A stretch of DNA of 64,000 nt from an uncultured delta proteobacterium (GCA_963778655.1 CAVZVA010000011.1:288001-352000); one strand, 5' to 3'. Shown: positions 37,847 through 47,622, numbered from the stretch's first letter. Program-made: numbers and translations. Notes: generated from the letters alone by a model not told the origin.

Positions 37847-40800
37847 TCAGCGGGCACCCATCTGGGTCGACACGGTCACGCCGCGCTCTTGCAAGGCCGT
37901 GGCCACGCCTTCGAGCAGGCTTGCGGGCAAGGGGCGCAGGCCGGCATTCGGCGCGACCTCCAGGATCAGCCCTCCGACCGCGCAGTAGGAGCAGGTCGCC
38001 CCGGCGCGCAGCACGAGCAAACGGTATGCCTTGCCGTCGGCCAGCGGCGGAGCTAGCGAGTCCACGGCGAGCTTCGGGGCCGGCGCCGCGCTCCAGCGGG
38101 GCGGCTCCGCTCGCGCCGCGAGCCCGCGCGCGGCGGCACTCGCAAGCGCATTGGCCGCCGCAGGGGGGTCGACCACCCGGGTGCAGTCGCAGTCGTCTTC
38201 GGAGAGCTGCGAGCGCGCGGCCTCCACCTGCTCGTGCAGCTGGGTCTCGAGCCCGCGCGGTGGCTCCTGCGGGGAGCTGGCCGCCATCAAGCGCACGCCC
38301 TCGCGGGTGAACAGGTAGAGATAGCCGGCCTTCGCGTGCGCCTCGCGCATGATCAGTTGCAGCGCGAAATCGCAGGGGTCGACGGCCTGGCTGAGCTCGC
38401 TCAGCGCGCAGCACAGACTGTGCTCAGCCGCGTTGCGAGGCTCGGCAGCAGCCTGCTCGCTGCCCGCCTCGTGCACGCCCGCCTGCACGGCGCGGGCGGC
38501 GAGCCGCTCCACACGGGCGACCAGCGCCGGGTTGCGGGTGCCGCGGAAGAGCCGGCCGGCCTCGACGAAATGCGCCTCGAATCCGGCCGCGTCCCCGACC
38601 TTCAGCGCGACGTCCGCGCGCGCCTCGTGCAGCAAGCCCAAGAGCAGCGGGTTTTCGAGATCTCGATGCTCGCCGAGCAGCGTGTCGAGCATGGCCACGG
38701 CGGCGCCGGTGCGACCGAGACCCGCCTCGGCCAGCGCGAGCTGGCGCTCGACCTCGAGGGACATGACCACTACCGTCTTGTCGTTCGCCGACACGTGAGA
38801 AAGCGCTTCGCTCGCCACCTGCTTGGCGCGCTGGTGCTGGCCGGCCGCGTTCAGCGCGGTCGCGAAGTACGCCCGCGTCGGCAGCCAGTAGGAGCGCCGC
38901 CCGGCGCCGAGCTCGGGCAGCAGGCGCTCGTAGGCTTCGATCGCGCCGGTGAGATCGCCGCGCAGCATCAAATACGCGGCATGCGCGGCATCGCGGTAGA
39001 CCTCCAGCGTAGGCACGCCCTTGGCCAGACGCGAAAGCTGCTCCCAGCTGCGGCGCGCGGCCACGGTGTCCGCCGAAAGGACGTCGGCATTGAGCAGCGC
39101 GACCGGCAGGAACATTTCCACCTGCCAGGTGGTGCCGCCGCGGCTCGCGCTGAGCTCGACCCGCTCGTGATAGCGGCGCCGCTCGTCCGCCTCGCCGAGG
39201 TAGGCGTGGTACATCATGCGCAGCTGATTGGCGACCGTCTCCCACGCGCGCACACCGAGCTGCTCCATTTCGCGGGCCAGCTCGAGCGCGCGCGGGTCGG
39301 AGGCGTAGCACAAGAGGATCGCCTGCGAATACAACATCCCGCCATACAGCGTCTTCCAGCGCGCCGGCGGCAGCGCGCCTTGCATGCGGGGCTCCTGCAT
39401 CCACGCGATCAGCTGGCCGTAGGCCTCGCCCGCCTCGTAGTTGAGCCCACGCGCGATCTTGGTGGCGGCGATGGCATGTGCGAACACGAACGCCGGAAAC
39501 TGCCCTTGCGCGAACAGCGACAGCGGTTGCAACAGCGACCGCAGCCGTTCGAGCCGCGCGGCGTCGAGCATGGTCGACAACACGCCGATCACGGCGGGCA
39601 GCGCGCCGCTGAAGGATGCGATCGCTTCCTCGAAGCTGTAGTCGAAGCCGCGCTTGCGCAGCGCGGAGAAGCGCGCCCGCGCGACGAAGGCGCCGACCCG
39701 CAACGCGAGCTTGCGCCCGAGCAGATGTCGCAGGCGAAAGGCCAACCCGAGCCCGGTTACCTCGAGCCCCACGCGCACGGTCTTCTCGGCATGATGCGCG
39801 ATCAGCCGCCACTCCGATGAGTAGTAGGCGAACGGCATCAGCGGAAACAACAGCGTCGCGAGCTCGTGGCTGGGGCGGCCCTGGCGCTCGTAGACGTCGA
39901 CCGCGTCCCGCAGCGCCCGTACGATGCCCCGAACGTCGCGGGCAGCGCCGTGGGCCTTCAGCAGACGGCGCGCCGTGCTCGCGAGCAGGTCGGCGCCCCG
40001 ACCCTCTTGGCCGGCATGCAGCAGCAGGAAGCCCGCCTCCATGCGTGCGTCCAGATCATCGTCTGACTGCGCGAGCAGCGCCTCGGCCGCGGCCTTGCGG
40101 CGCGCGCTGCGCCGCGCCGCGTCCATCTGCCCCAGCACCGCCTCGCGCAGCGTCTCTTGGCGAAAGCGCAGCGCGCCGCCCTCCATCGACAGGATACCGG
40201 CGACGATCAGCTCGTCGAGCGCGTCCTGGGCCTGGCCGTTGGCATGGGCGGCGAGCAGCAGAGCATGCTCGAGCGCCACCGGCTTGGCATAGATGCTGAG
40301 CGCCTCGACCAAATCGCGGGTCAGTGCGCTCAGCGGCGCGAGCCTGGCCAAGGCGATCTCCTCCATCCGGCTGGGCAGCTCGCCCTCGGCCACCTCCAGC
40401 GGCAGCACCCAGGTTCCGCTGGCATACTTGGCGATCCGTCTGGAAACCAACAGCTGCGCGAGGTCCATGAGCTGCTGGGGGTTGCCACCGCTGTTGTTGT
40501 ACAGCAGCAGGGCGACGCGACCGCAGTTGGCCACGTCGCCGAACAGCGCGCGTACCAGCTCTTCGCACGCCGCTGCGTCCAGACCGGCGAGCGGCACGCG
40601 GTTGGCTTGCTTGCGAAGCGCGCTGACCTGGGCCGGGGCCGCCACGGCGTCGCCCGTACGCAAGGTGGCCATCACCACCAGCGCTGCGCCGCGGCCTTCG
40701 CGCGACAGCGCGGCCAGCAGGGACGCCGAGCCTTCGTCCGCGGCTTGCAGGTCATCGACCGCGAGCAACAGCGGTTGGCGGCGGGCCGCCGACAGGAAGA

Positions 40801-42172
40801 GGTCGTGCAGAGCGGCATGCGCGCTCGCGCGCTGCTCTCGCGGGTCCGCCGCGAGCTCGGGAGCCGCGTCGGGAGCGAGCTGGGCCGTCAGCTCGGCCGA
40901 GAGCGGCGCGAGCACCTGAGCGTGCTTGGCCGCCTCGCTGCTCGCCAGCTCGGGACACGCGCGCAACAAGCTGCTCGCGAGCGCCGCGGCCGCTCCAAAC
41001 GGAGCCGGCGTCGCCTGGGCCTCGACCCCCAGCACCAGAAATCCGCCGAGCTGCGCCTCCAGGCTCAGCTCGCGCAACAGCCGCGTCCTGCCGATTCCCG
41101 CGGGACCTTCGATCACGATTTCGACACCGTGCCCGCGCCGGGCTCGCTCGAGGCGCTCGCGCACCCATTGGCGCTCGCCTTCGCGCCCGACCATGCGGCC
41201 GCTGCGCAGGTAGCTGTCGGCCGAGTGCTCGTGCTCTTCCGGCTCGAGCCCGCCGATGGCGGTCAAGCGCTCGATCACGGCCGCCGCGCTCTGCGGCCGC
41301 GCCAGCGGGTCGACCGACAGCAGCGAGAGCACCAGCGCGTCGAGCTCGGGCGGAATCCCCGGCGCGATCACGGACGGCGACATCGGTTGTCGCGTCCACA
41401 GCTTGGAGAGCTCGTCGACCCCGCGCGCAGGCCGCGCGTGCCGGCCCGTCAGCGTCCAGTAGGCGACCGCACCGAGCGCATACAGATCGGTACGCTGATC
41501 GAGCGGCATTCGGCGCAGGACCTCGGGCGCCATGCACGGGGGCGTACCGACAACCTCGCTCGCCGTCCCGAAGCTCGTGAGCGCGCCAAAGTCGATCAGC
41601 TTGGTGCGACCGTCCCGCGTCGCGCGCACGTTGCGCGGGCTGACGTCTCGGTGGACCAGGCCCTGCGCGTGGAGCAGGGCGAGCGAGGACGCGATGTCCC
41701 GCAGCCGCAGACAGGCCTGTTGCAGGTCGAGCGGCGCCAGTTGCTGCAAGTCTTGGCCGTCGAGCAGCTCCATCGTGTAGAAGGGCCCCGTCTCGTTCAG
41801 CCCGTAGTCGTAGACTTCGATGATCCGAGGGTGCCTGAGCCGGGCCAGCGTGTGGTATTCGCGCTCGAACAGCGCTTCGAGCTTTCTGCGCCGCTTGCCA
41901 AGCGCCGACGACGCGAGCTGCTTGAGCGCGACCACGCGGCCCGAAGCCTTGTCCTGGGCCCGGTACACGGTGCCCATCCCACCCGAGCCGAGCTCGCCGA
42001 GAATGATGTAGCGGCCCTCGCTGCTGGAGCTGGTGACCGCAAAAGGCGCAGGCAGCAGGCTCGATGCGGGGGCAAGCCGTACATCCGAGCCGGGCTCGGC
42101 CGCGGGCGGGCGCTCCGCCTGCCCGGCGGGTTCGGGGGGGGTGGAGAGGAGAGCCTGCGCTGGGTCAATCAT
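37847..42172 (-). CDS. Ser/Thr kinase - AAA/STAND-like ATPase - helical repeat protein (paralog 1)
   Basis: LGSGGMGTVY, HRDVSPRN, DFG, APE; P-loop GPAGIGRT, Walker B LAVDD, GGNP; long helical C-terminus. ATG overlaps the upstream stop. Confidence 0.9.
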   Translation of the reverse strand: MIDPAQALLSTPPEPAGQAERPPAAEPGSDVRLAPASSLLPAPFAVTSSSSEGRYIILGELGSGGMGTVYRAQDKASGRVVALKQLASSALGKRRRKLEALFEREYHTLARLRHPRIIEVYDYGLNETGPFYTMELLDGQDLQQLAPLDLQQACLRLRDIASSLALLHAQGLVHRDVSPRNVRATRDGRTKLIDFGALTSFGTASEVVGTPPCMAPEVLRRMPLDQRTDLYALGAVAYWTLTGRHARPARGVDELSKLWTRQPMSPSVIAPGIPPELDALVLSLLSVDPLARPQSAAAVIERLTAIGGLEPEEHEHSADSYLRSGRMVGREGERQWVRERLERARRGHGVEIVIEGPAGIGRTRLLRELSLEAQLGGFLVLGVEAQATPAPFGAAAALASSLLRACPELASSEAAKHAQVLAPLSAELTAQLAPDAAPELAADPREQRASAHAALHDLFLSAARRQPLLLAVDDLQAADEGSASLLAALSREGRGAALVVMATLRTGDAVAAPAQVSALRKQANRVPLAGLDAAACEELVRALFGDVANCGRVALLLYNNSGGNPQQLMDLAQLLVSRRIAKYASGTWVLPLEVAEGELPSRMEEIALARLAPLSALTRDLVEALSIYAKPVALEHALLLAAHANGQAQDALDELIVAGILSMEGGALRFRQETLREAVLGQMDAARRSARRKAAAEALLAQSDDDLDARMEAGFLLLHAGQEGRGADLLASTARRLLKAHGAARDVRGIVRALRDAVDVYERQGRPSHELATLLFPLMPFAYYSSEWRLIAHHAEKTVRVGLEVTGLGLAFRLRHLLGRKLALRVGAFVARARFSALRKRGFDYSFEEAIASFSGALPAVIGVLSTMLDAARLERLRSLLQPLSLFAQGQFPAFVFAHAIAATKIARGLNYEAGEAYGQLIAWMQEPRMQGALPPARWKTLYGGMLYSQAILLCYASDPRALELAREMEQLGVRAWETVANQLRMMYHAYLGEADERRRYHERVELSASRGGTTWQVEMFLPVALLNADVLSADTVAARRSWEQLSRLAKGVPTLEVYRDAAHAAYLMLRGDLTGAIEAYERLLPELGAGRRSYWLPTRAYFATALNAAGQHQRAKQVASEALSHVSANDKTVVVMSLEVERQLALAEAGLGRTGAAVAMLDTLLGEHRDLENPLLLGLLHEARADVALKVGDAAGFEAHFVEAGRLFRGTRNPALVARVERLAARAVQAGVHEAGSEQAAAEPRNAAEHSLCCALSELSQAVDPCDFALQLIMREAHAKAGYLYLFTREGVRLMAASSPQEPPRGLETQLHEQVEAARSQLSEDDCDCTRVVDPPAAANALASAAARGLAARAEPPRWSAAPAPKLAVDSLAPPLADGKAYRLLVLRAGATCSYCAVGGLILEVAPNAGLRPLPASLLEGVATALQERGVTVSTQMGAR

Positions 42173-43623
42173 GGCACCGCCGCTCTGGTCGGAACCGGAG
42201 CGAGGCTCGCCGGCGGCGCGGGCAGGGCGTGCAGCTCCTTTAGCAGCCGCCGCATGCTCTGGCGATCGAGCGGCCGGCTGAACAGGAAGCCCTGGATCTG
42301 ATCCACGCACAGGCCGGTGGCCTCACCCTGGTCGAGCGCACGCAGCGTGGCGAGCTGCTCGCGCGTCTCGACCCCTTCGGCGACCACCTTCAACTCCAGG
42401 CTGTGCGCCATCGCGACAATCGCCCGCACGATCGCGGTGTCGGCGCGGGCGCCCGGCAAATGCTTGACGAATGAACGGTCGATCTTGATCGCGTGAATCG
42501 GCAGCTCTCGCAGCCGCGCGAGCGACGAATACCCGGTGCCGAAGTCGTCGATGCTGATACGCACCCCTCGGGTGTGCAGCTCGTCCAGGATCTTCGCCGC
42601 ATGCTCTTCGTTCTCCATGATGGCGCTCTCAGTGACCTCGAGCACGAGCCGGTCCGGCGGCAAGTTGCAGTCCGAGAGCACGCTCAGCACCATGTCGGCA
42701 AGGTGCGGCGCTCGCAGCTGATGCGCCGACATGTTGACGGAGATCGGCAGCGCAGCCAGGCCTTGGCGCTCCCACGCTCGCGCCTGCGCACAGGCGGTGC
42801 GCAACACCCAGTGCCCGATCGAGACGATCAGCCCTGTCGCCTCGGCGACCGGGATGAACACGGCCGGGCTGACGAGGCCGAGACGCGGGTGCCGCCAGCG
42901 CAGCAGCACCTCCATCCCGGAAACCGCCTCCGACTTGGCATCGACGATCGGCTGGTAGCACAGGAACAGCTCTTCGCGTTCGAGCGCGCCCTCAAGCTCG
43001 GTCTTGATCAACGCCCGTTGCTCCACGGAAGTCCTCATCTCCGTGGAAAAGAACATGACCCCTGCGCCGCCGCGGTCCTTTTGCGCATGCAAGGCCATGC
43101 CGGATTCCGCGAGCAGCGCCTCGGCGTCCGCCTGCTCCGGCGATCCAGCGCTGATCCCCACGCTCACGTTCAGATAAAGTCGGCGGCCGGGCACTTCGAG
43201 CTCGCTGTGCACCGCCGTCGAGATCCGCCGAGCGACCACCTCGGCGTCGACTGGATCGGTGATGCCGCCGAGCATCACTGCGAACTCGTCACCGCCTATC
43301 CGCGCGACGACGTCGTCGGTGCGCACGACCTGCCGCAGGCGGGCCGCCACCTCCTTGAGCACCCGATCTCCTGTGGGATGACCGAGCGTGTCGTTGATCT
43401 CCTTGAAGCCGTCCAAGCCGACCAGCAGCACGACGACTTGTTGTTGGCCGCGGGCACGCGCGATCGCCGCGCCCAGCTGCCGGCGCAAGAACGGGCGGTT
43501 GGGCAGATCGGTCAGACTGTCGTGGGTGGCGGCGTGCGCGAGCTTGATTTGGGCGGCCACGTACAGGACCGCACTGCCAAACGCGAGAAACAGCGAAATG
43601 GCCCACGGATCAAGCTGCGACAT
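42169..43623 (-). CDS. Membrane-anchored GGDEF-EAL protein
   Basis: Single N-terminal TM, HDSLTDLPNR, RIGGDEF, EVLLRW, DDFGTGYSS and AEGVET. Confidence 0.93.
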   Translation of the reverse strand: MSQLDPWAISLFLAFGSAVLYVAAQIKLAHAATHDSLTDLPNRPFLRRQLGAAIARARGQQQVVVLLVGLDGFKEINDTLGHPTGDRVLKEVAARLRQVVRTDDVVARIGGDEFAVMLGGITDPVDAEVVARRISTAVHSELEVPGRRLYLNVSVGISAGSPEQADAEALLAESGMALHAQKDRGGAGVMFFSTEMRTSVEQRALIKTELEGALEREELFLCYQPIVDAKSEAVSGMEVLLRWRHPRLGLVSPAVFIPVAEATGLIVSIGHWVLRTACAQARAWERQGLAALPISVNMSAHQLRAPHLADMVLSVLSDCNLPPDRLVLEVTESAIMENEEHAAKILDELHTRGVRISIDDFGTGYSSLARLRELPIHAIKIDRSFVKHLPGARADTAIVRAIVAMAHSLELKVVAEGVETREQLATLRALDQGEATGLCVDQIQGFLFSRPLDRQSMRRLLKELHALPAPPASLAPVPTRAAVP

Positions 43624-43684
43624 GATTTGGGAACCGCACCCACCCGAGCGGAGCGCCCGGCAAAACGGCGACCCACGACGCAAA

Positions 43685-43700
43685 TGCACGCGACATGCCA
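43685..43700 (-). promoter_or_regulatory. Putative sigma54 (-24/-12) promoter
   Basis: Minus strand reads TGGCAT-GTCGC-GTGCA with correct GG-N10-GC spacing, about 60 nt upstream of ATG 43623. Confidence 0.6.
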
Positions 43701-44005
43701 GCAGCGGGCCCTCCAAGACCGCGGCGCTTTGGCCATGCCAGCGGGCGGGTTCGAGGGATGGTCGCCCAATTGACCACAGCTTTGGTCCATTCGACCTGTG
43801 GCTCCTACTGGAGCACCCGTGGCGGGGTGTCGGTCGGCGACTACGATGTGATGGGGCGCGCGATCACATCGCTCCCGAGCTCGCGGACAACCTGCCCAGA
43901 GCATGAATGGGGGTGTGGTGAAATCTGCCGTGGACTCGGGCGGCCAGGCCACAGGGGGCATGAGTCGCAGCCAGAATCGGGGTCGTTTCAGGAGCGGAAC
44001 GCGGA

Positions 44006-44021
44006 TGGCATGCAGTCTGCA
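44006..44021 (+). promoter_or_regulatory. Putative sigma54 (-24/-12) promoter
   Basis: TGGCAT-GCAGT-CTGCA with GG-N10-GC spacing. Predicted +1 is near 44032, just before ATG 44035. Confidence 0.55.
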
Positions 44022-44034
44022 GTACCGACCCAAC

Positions 44035-45420
44035 ATGTCTCACCGCCAGCGAACCAGCGTGCGTTTCCCCTACCACCGACAAGTGTTGGTGCGGGCCGAA
44101 GGGTCCCCGGCCGGCGTCGCCATGGAAGCCGTGAACATCGCGGTGGGCGGTCTGTTCCTGCGGACCGAGACCCACCTGCCGCTACACAGCCTAGTCGAGC
44201 TCACCCTCCGCGGGACTGGCACCGAGCCCGTCTCGCTGCAGGCACGCGTGGTGCGGACCGTGACGCCACGGACCGCAGAGGCATGCAACGAGCAGCCAGG
44301 CATGGGTCTGTCTTTCGAGGGGCTCGACGACGCGCAGCGGCAGGCGCTCGCCGCGATCGTCGCAGAGGCCGAGGCCCACGACCCCAGACCGCGCGTGCCA
44401 CGGCCGCTGCCGCGCGCGCTCAAGCCCAGGCCGCCGAGCGACCCACTGCTCGACTACGTGCTCGAGCACACCGATGGCACCCGCGCCCCCGAGGCGCTCG
44501 CCCAGGTCACGGGTCTGGACGTCGACGCGGTAGTCGAGGTGGTCGACGAGCTCGCTCGATTGGGACTCGTCCAGCTCGTGGCGATCGCCGGTGAGCAGGA
44601 GGAAGCCGCGTCCGGTTCGGCCGCGCTGGGCCGCGCACTCGACCTTCCCGGCGCGCGCGCGACGGACGTCAGGCCACCCAGCCCCGAGCATGAGCAATGT
44701 CCGGGCCTACATGAAGCGTTATCGGAGATCGATGCGCGCTTGGTGGACCAGGACTACTTCGCCATGCTTGGGGTCGCGCGCGGCGCCGGTCGCGACGAGA
44801 TCCAGCGCGCGTTTCACTCGCTCGCTCACAAATTCGATCCGGATACCTACGCCAGTCGCGAGCTGCGTTCGCTGCGGGCGACCCTTGGTCGCATCTTCGG
44901 CCGGATCAACGAAGCCTGGGCCGTGCTGGGCAACGAACACGCGCGCGATCAATACGAAGCGTATCTGAGCCGAGCGCACACCATCGCCGCACAGGATCGC
45001 GGCGAGGTCGTGCCGCCGATGAGCTTGGCCGCGCTCGCCGAGCTGCACGAAGAGCAGGCGCGCTACGACGAGCAGCGACAGCACTGGGAGCAGGCCGCGC
45101 GCTCCTGGACGCGCGTCTACGAGGTACGACCGGACGACCCCGAGTGCGCGCGCCACGCCGCGATGGCCCTGCTCAGGGCCAAACGCGAGCTCCGGCGTGC
45201 CCAGTCCTTCGCCGAGAGAGCCGTTGCGCTCGAGCCGGACAATCCGCGCAACCATCGGCTGCTGGCGCGTGTCTTTATCGAGTGCGGGCTGCGGCTGCGC
45301 GCCCGCAAGGAGCTGCAGCGTGCCGCCGAGCTGGCGCGGGCCCGCGGGGACGCTCCATCGCACGCGGCTCCAGCGCAGCCAGCGGTGCCCGCCGAGCGCG
45401 CGCGCCGCATTGGGCGCTGA
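44035..45420 (+). CDS. PilZ - J-domain - TPR protein
   Basis: RTSVR (RxxxR), NIAVGGLF and PGMGLSF; QDYFAMLGV...EIQRAF...KFDPD...INEAWAVL; C-terminal TPRs. Confidence 0.87.
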   Translation: MSHRQRTSVRFPYHRQVLVRAEGSPAGVAMEAVNIAVGGLFLRTETHLPLHSLVELTLRGTGTEPVSLQARVVRTVTPRTAEACNEQPGMGLSFEGLDDAQRQALAAIVAEAEAHDPRPRVPRPLPRALKPRPPSDPLLDYVLEHTDGTRAPEALAQVTGLDVDAVVEVVDELARLGLVQLVAIAGEQEEAASGSAALGRALDLPGARATDVRPPSPEHEQCPGLHEALSEIDARLVDQDYFAMLGVARGAGRDEIQRAFHSLAHKFDPDTYASRELRSLRATLGRIFGRINEAWAVLGNEHARDQYEAYLSRAHTIAAQDRGEVVPPMSLAALAELHEEQARYDEQRQHWEQAARSWTRVYEVRPDDPECARHAAMALLRAKRELRRAQSFAERAVALEPDNPRNHRLLARVFIECGLRLRARKELQRAAELARARGDAPSHAAPAQPAVPAERARRIGR

Positions 45421-45426
45421 GGGCGC

Positions 45427-47622
45427 TCAAGGGCGCCGAGAGCGGCTGTCCGACGGTTCGAGCAGGCCGCGCCGCACTAAGATCTCTCGCACCGTTTCCA
45501 CGGGGAGTGCGGGAGCGAAGTGCCCGTCTACCCCCTCCATGTCCTCCGCGACGAAGAGCGCGTTGAGGATCGCCTCCTCCGTCGCTTCCACGGTCGCCCG
45601 GTACAACGGCGAAATTCGTGTGTCGAGGAGCACGTTCATCCGGTAGACCATGCGTTTGGCTTCGCGTGGGGCGAGGTTGGCCGTCGAAAACCCGATGATG
45701 ATCTCGCCGGACCCGTGCGCTGCGTGGGAGCCGACTCGACCGATCCCGAGCGCCGCCCGCTTGGCCAACCGATTGATCTGCAGGGGTTGTAGCGGCGCAT
45801 CCGTGGCCACCACGGCGACGATGCTGCCGTAGTTCTCTCTCCGCACTTCCTCATCGCCGTAGAGCGGCGCGAGCTCCCGGCCTACGGGCACCCCGTCGAG
45901 CCGTAGATCCTCGCGGTTGCCGAAGTTGCTCATCACCAGGACCCCCACCGTGTAGCCCCCCTCCGCCTCGGAGAGCCGGCGCGACGCCGTACCGATCCCC
46001 CCTTTGAAGTCACAGGTGATCATGCCCGTGCCACCGCCGACGTTGCCCTCGCGTACCGGCCCGCCGTCCGCGGTATCGAGCGCCGCCCGCACGTGCTCGG
46101 CCGTCACGTGGTGCCCGGCGATGTCGTTGAGCCACGAATCGTCACATTCGCCGACAATGGGAATGACGACGTCGGCCTCACCGCCGATCTCCGGGTACTG
46201 CCCCACCATGTAGCGGACACACGCCTCCGAGCACGTCCCCACACTCAGCGTGTTGGTCAAGAGAATCGGCGTCTCGATCAGCCCCCACTCCAGCACCTGA
46301 GTCATTCCGGAGACCTCGCCGGCACCGTTGAGCACGAATCCTCCCGCGATCACGCGTTCCTCGAAGATGTTCCTTCGGGGAATGATCGCGGTCACGCCCG
46401 TGCGAGCAGGCCCCTCACCCACCCGTCGCCTGCCGCGTCCGTGGATCACCGTCGAGTGCCCGACAAGCACGCCGGGCACGTCGGTGATGGCGTTGTACCG
46501 GCCGGGCTTGCACACGCCGAGCTCGAGACCGAAGTCGCGAGCCCGCTGGCGAACGACCGGACTCGCGCTGCCATCGCGCCCGGTCGTGACGGCTGCACCT
46601 CGGGCCCGCGGACCAGCGTTCCGCTTCGCCGGCTTCAGTTGCAGGCCGTAGCGCGTCGCGGCACTCTGAAGGATCCGCTCGAGCACCCGTGCTTCGCTAT
46701 CCAGCCCGGCGAGCTTGCCGGCCTCGTAGATCGAAGCCCCTCGCTCGAGGCTGGGCAGCGCGTTGACCTCGAGAAAGTACAGCTCGCCCGACTCGGTGAG
46801 CCGAAAGTCGATCCGCCCGACATCCCGGATCGTCAGCGCACGAACGGCGCGCCGCGCCGCATCGACCACCCGGTCGCGCAGCTCGGGGGTGAGGTCCGCC
46901 GGCGTGCGAACGCGCAGCCCGTCGAATCCCTCGATCTTGAGCGCATAGTCGTAGATGGCCCACTTACGCGACGAATCGACGTACTCGTACTCCGAGGGCT
47001 CCAGCACGCCGCCGGTTTCCGGAGACGCTGCCTCGAGAAAGGGGACGACGATGTCCCTACCCGTGATGTACTCCTCGGCAAGCAAACCGGCGGGATACTG
47101 GGCGAGCAGCTGTCCGGCGCGCTCGCAAAACTGGCCCGACGTCTCGACGATCGAGTCCTGCGTAATGCCCTTGCTGCTGCCCTCGAAGTTCGGCTTGATG
47201 ATGACTGGGAACGTCAGCTCCGGCTCGACGACCGGGTCACCCTTTTGGAGGAAGGTCCAGCGCGGTGTGAGCAGACCGCTGCGAGCGACCACGATCTTCG
47301 ACAGCTGCTTGTCCAGGGTCAAGGCGCAGGCGTATGCGTCCGAGCCCGTGTAGGGAATCGCCAGTTGTTCGAAGAGACCCGGATAGAACGCCTCCCGATA
47401 CCGGCCGCGCCGGCCTTCTGCGGTGTTGAAGACCATCCCAGGGCGAAGCGCCTCGAGGCGCGAGGTCAGGCGGGACGCCGAGCCCGAAGCTTCGACCGGC
47501 CGCACGTCGTACCCGAGGCTCCGCAGCCCATGGGTGATGAGCTCGACTGTTTCTCGGGTGTCGAACTCTGCCTCCTCTTCGACGGGACGGCGTTGCAGAT
47601 TGTGTACGTATGCGATGCGCAT
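45427..47622 (-). CDS. Fusion of a D-Ala-D-Ala-ligase-like ATP-grasp domain and a DmpA/P1 (S58) Ntn-like aminopeptidase
   Basis: N-half: VFNTAEG, IPYTGSD, LDK, PVIIKPNFEGSSKGI, EEYITGRD, RIDFR, LEVNALP. C-half: NAITDVPGVLVGH, RTGVTAI, LNGAGE, LTNTLSVG, VGECDDSWLND, EGNVGGGTGM, KGGIGTASR, GSIVAVVATDAPL, HGSGE. Confidence 0.9.
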   Translation of the reverse strand: MRIAYVHNLQRRPVEEEAEFDTRETVELITHGLRSLGYDVRPVEASGSASRLTSRLEALRPGMVFNTAEGRRGRYREAFYPGLFEQLAIPYTGSDAYACALTLDKQLSKIVVARSGLLTPRWTFLQKGDPVVEPELTFPVIIKPNFEGSSKGITQDSIVETSGQFCERAGQLLAQYPAGLLAEEYITGRDIVVPFLEAASPETGGVLEPSEYEYVDSSRKWAIYDYALKIEGFDGLRVRTPADLTPELRDRVVDAARRAVRALTIRDVGRIDFRLTESGELYFLEVNALPSLERGASIYEAGKLAGLDSEARVLERILQSAATRYGLQLKPAKRNAGPRARGAAVTTGRDGSASPVVRQRARDFGLELGVCKPGRYNAITDVPGVLVGHSTVIHGRGRRRVGEGPARTGVTAIIPRRNIFEERVIAGGFVLNGAGEVSGMTQVLEWGLIETPILLTNTLSVGTCSEACVRYMVGQYPEIGGEADVVIPIVGECDDSWLNDIAGHHVTAEHVRAALDTADGGPVREGNVGGGTGMITCDFKGGIGTASRRLSEAEGGYTVGVLVMSNFGNREDLRLDGVPVGRELAPLYGDEEVRRENYGSIVAVVATDAPLQPLQINRLAKRAALGIGRVGSHAAHGSGEIIIGFSTANLAPREAKRMVYRMNVLLDTRISPLYRATVEATEEAILNALFVAEDMEGVDGHFAPALPVETVREILVRRGLLEPSDSRSRRP

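Noticed and set aside
37805..37850. gcacaggggcaaac resembles the 5' end of a c-di-GMP-I riboswitch
   Set aside because: The following GNRA hairpin and gacgcaaag segment are missing, and it points away from any downstream start codon.
18583..47622. MurE-like plus ATP-grasp genes as a split cyanophycin synthetase
   Set aside because: They are about 26 kb apart, the ligase has MurE-specific DNPR motifs, and no cyanophycinase or CphA N-domain is seen.
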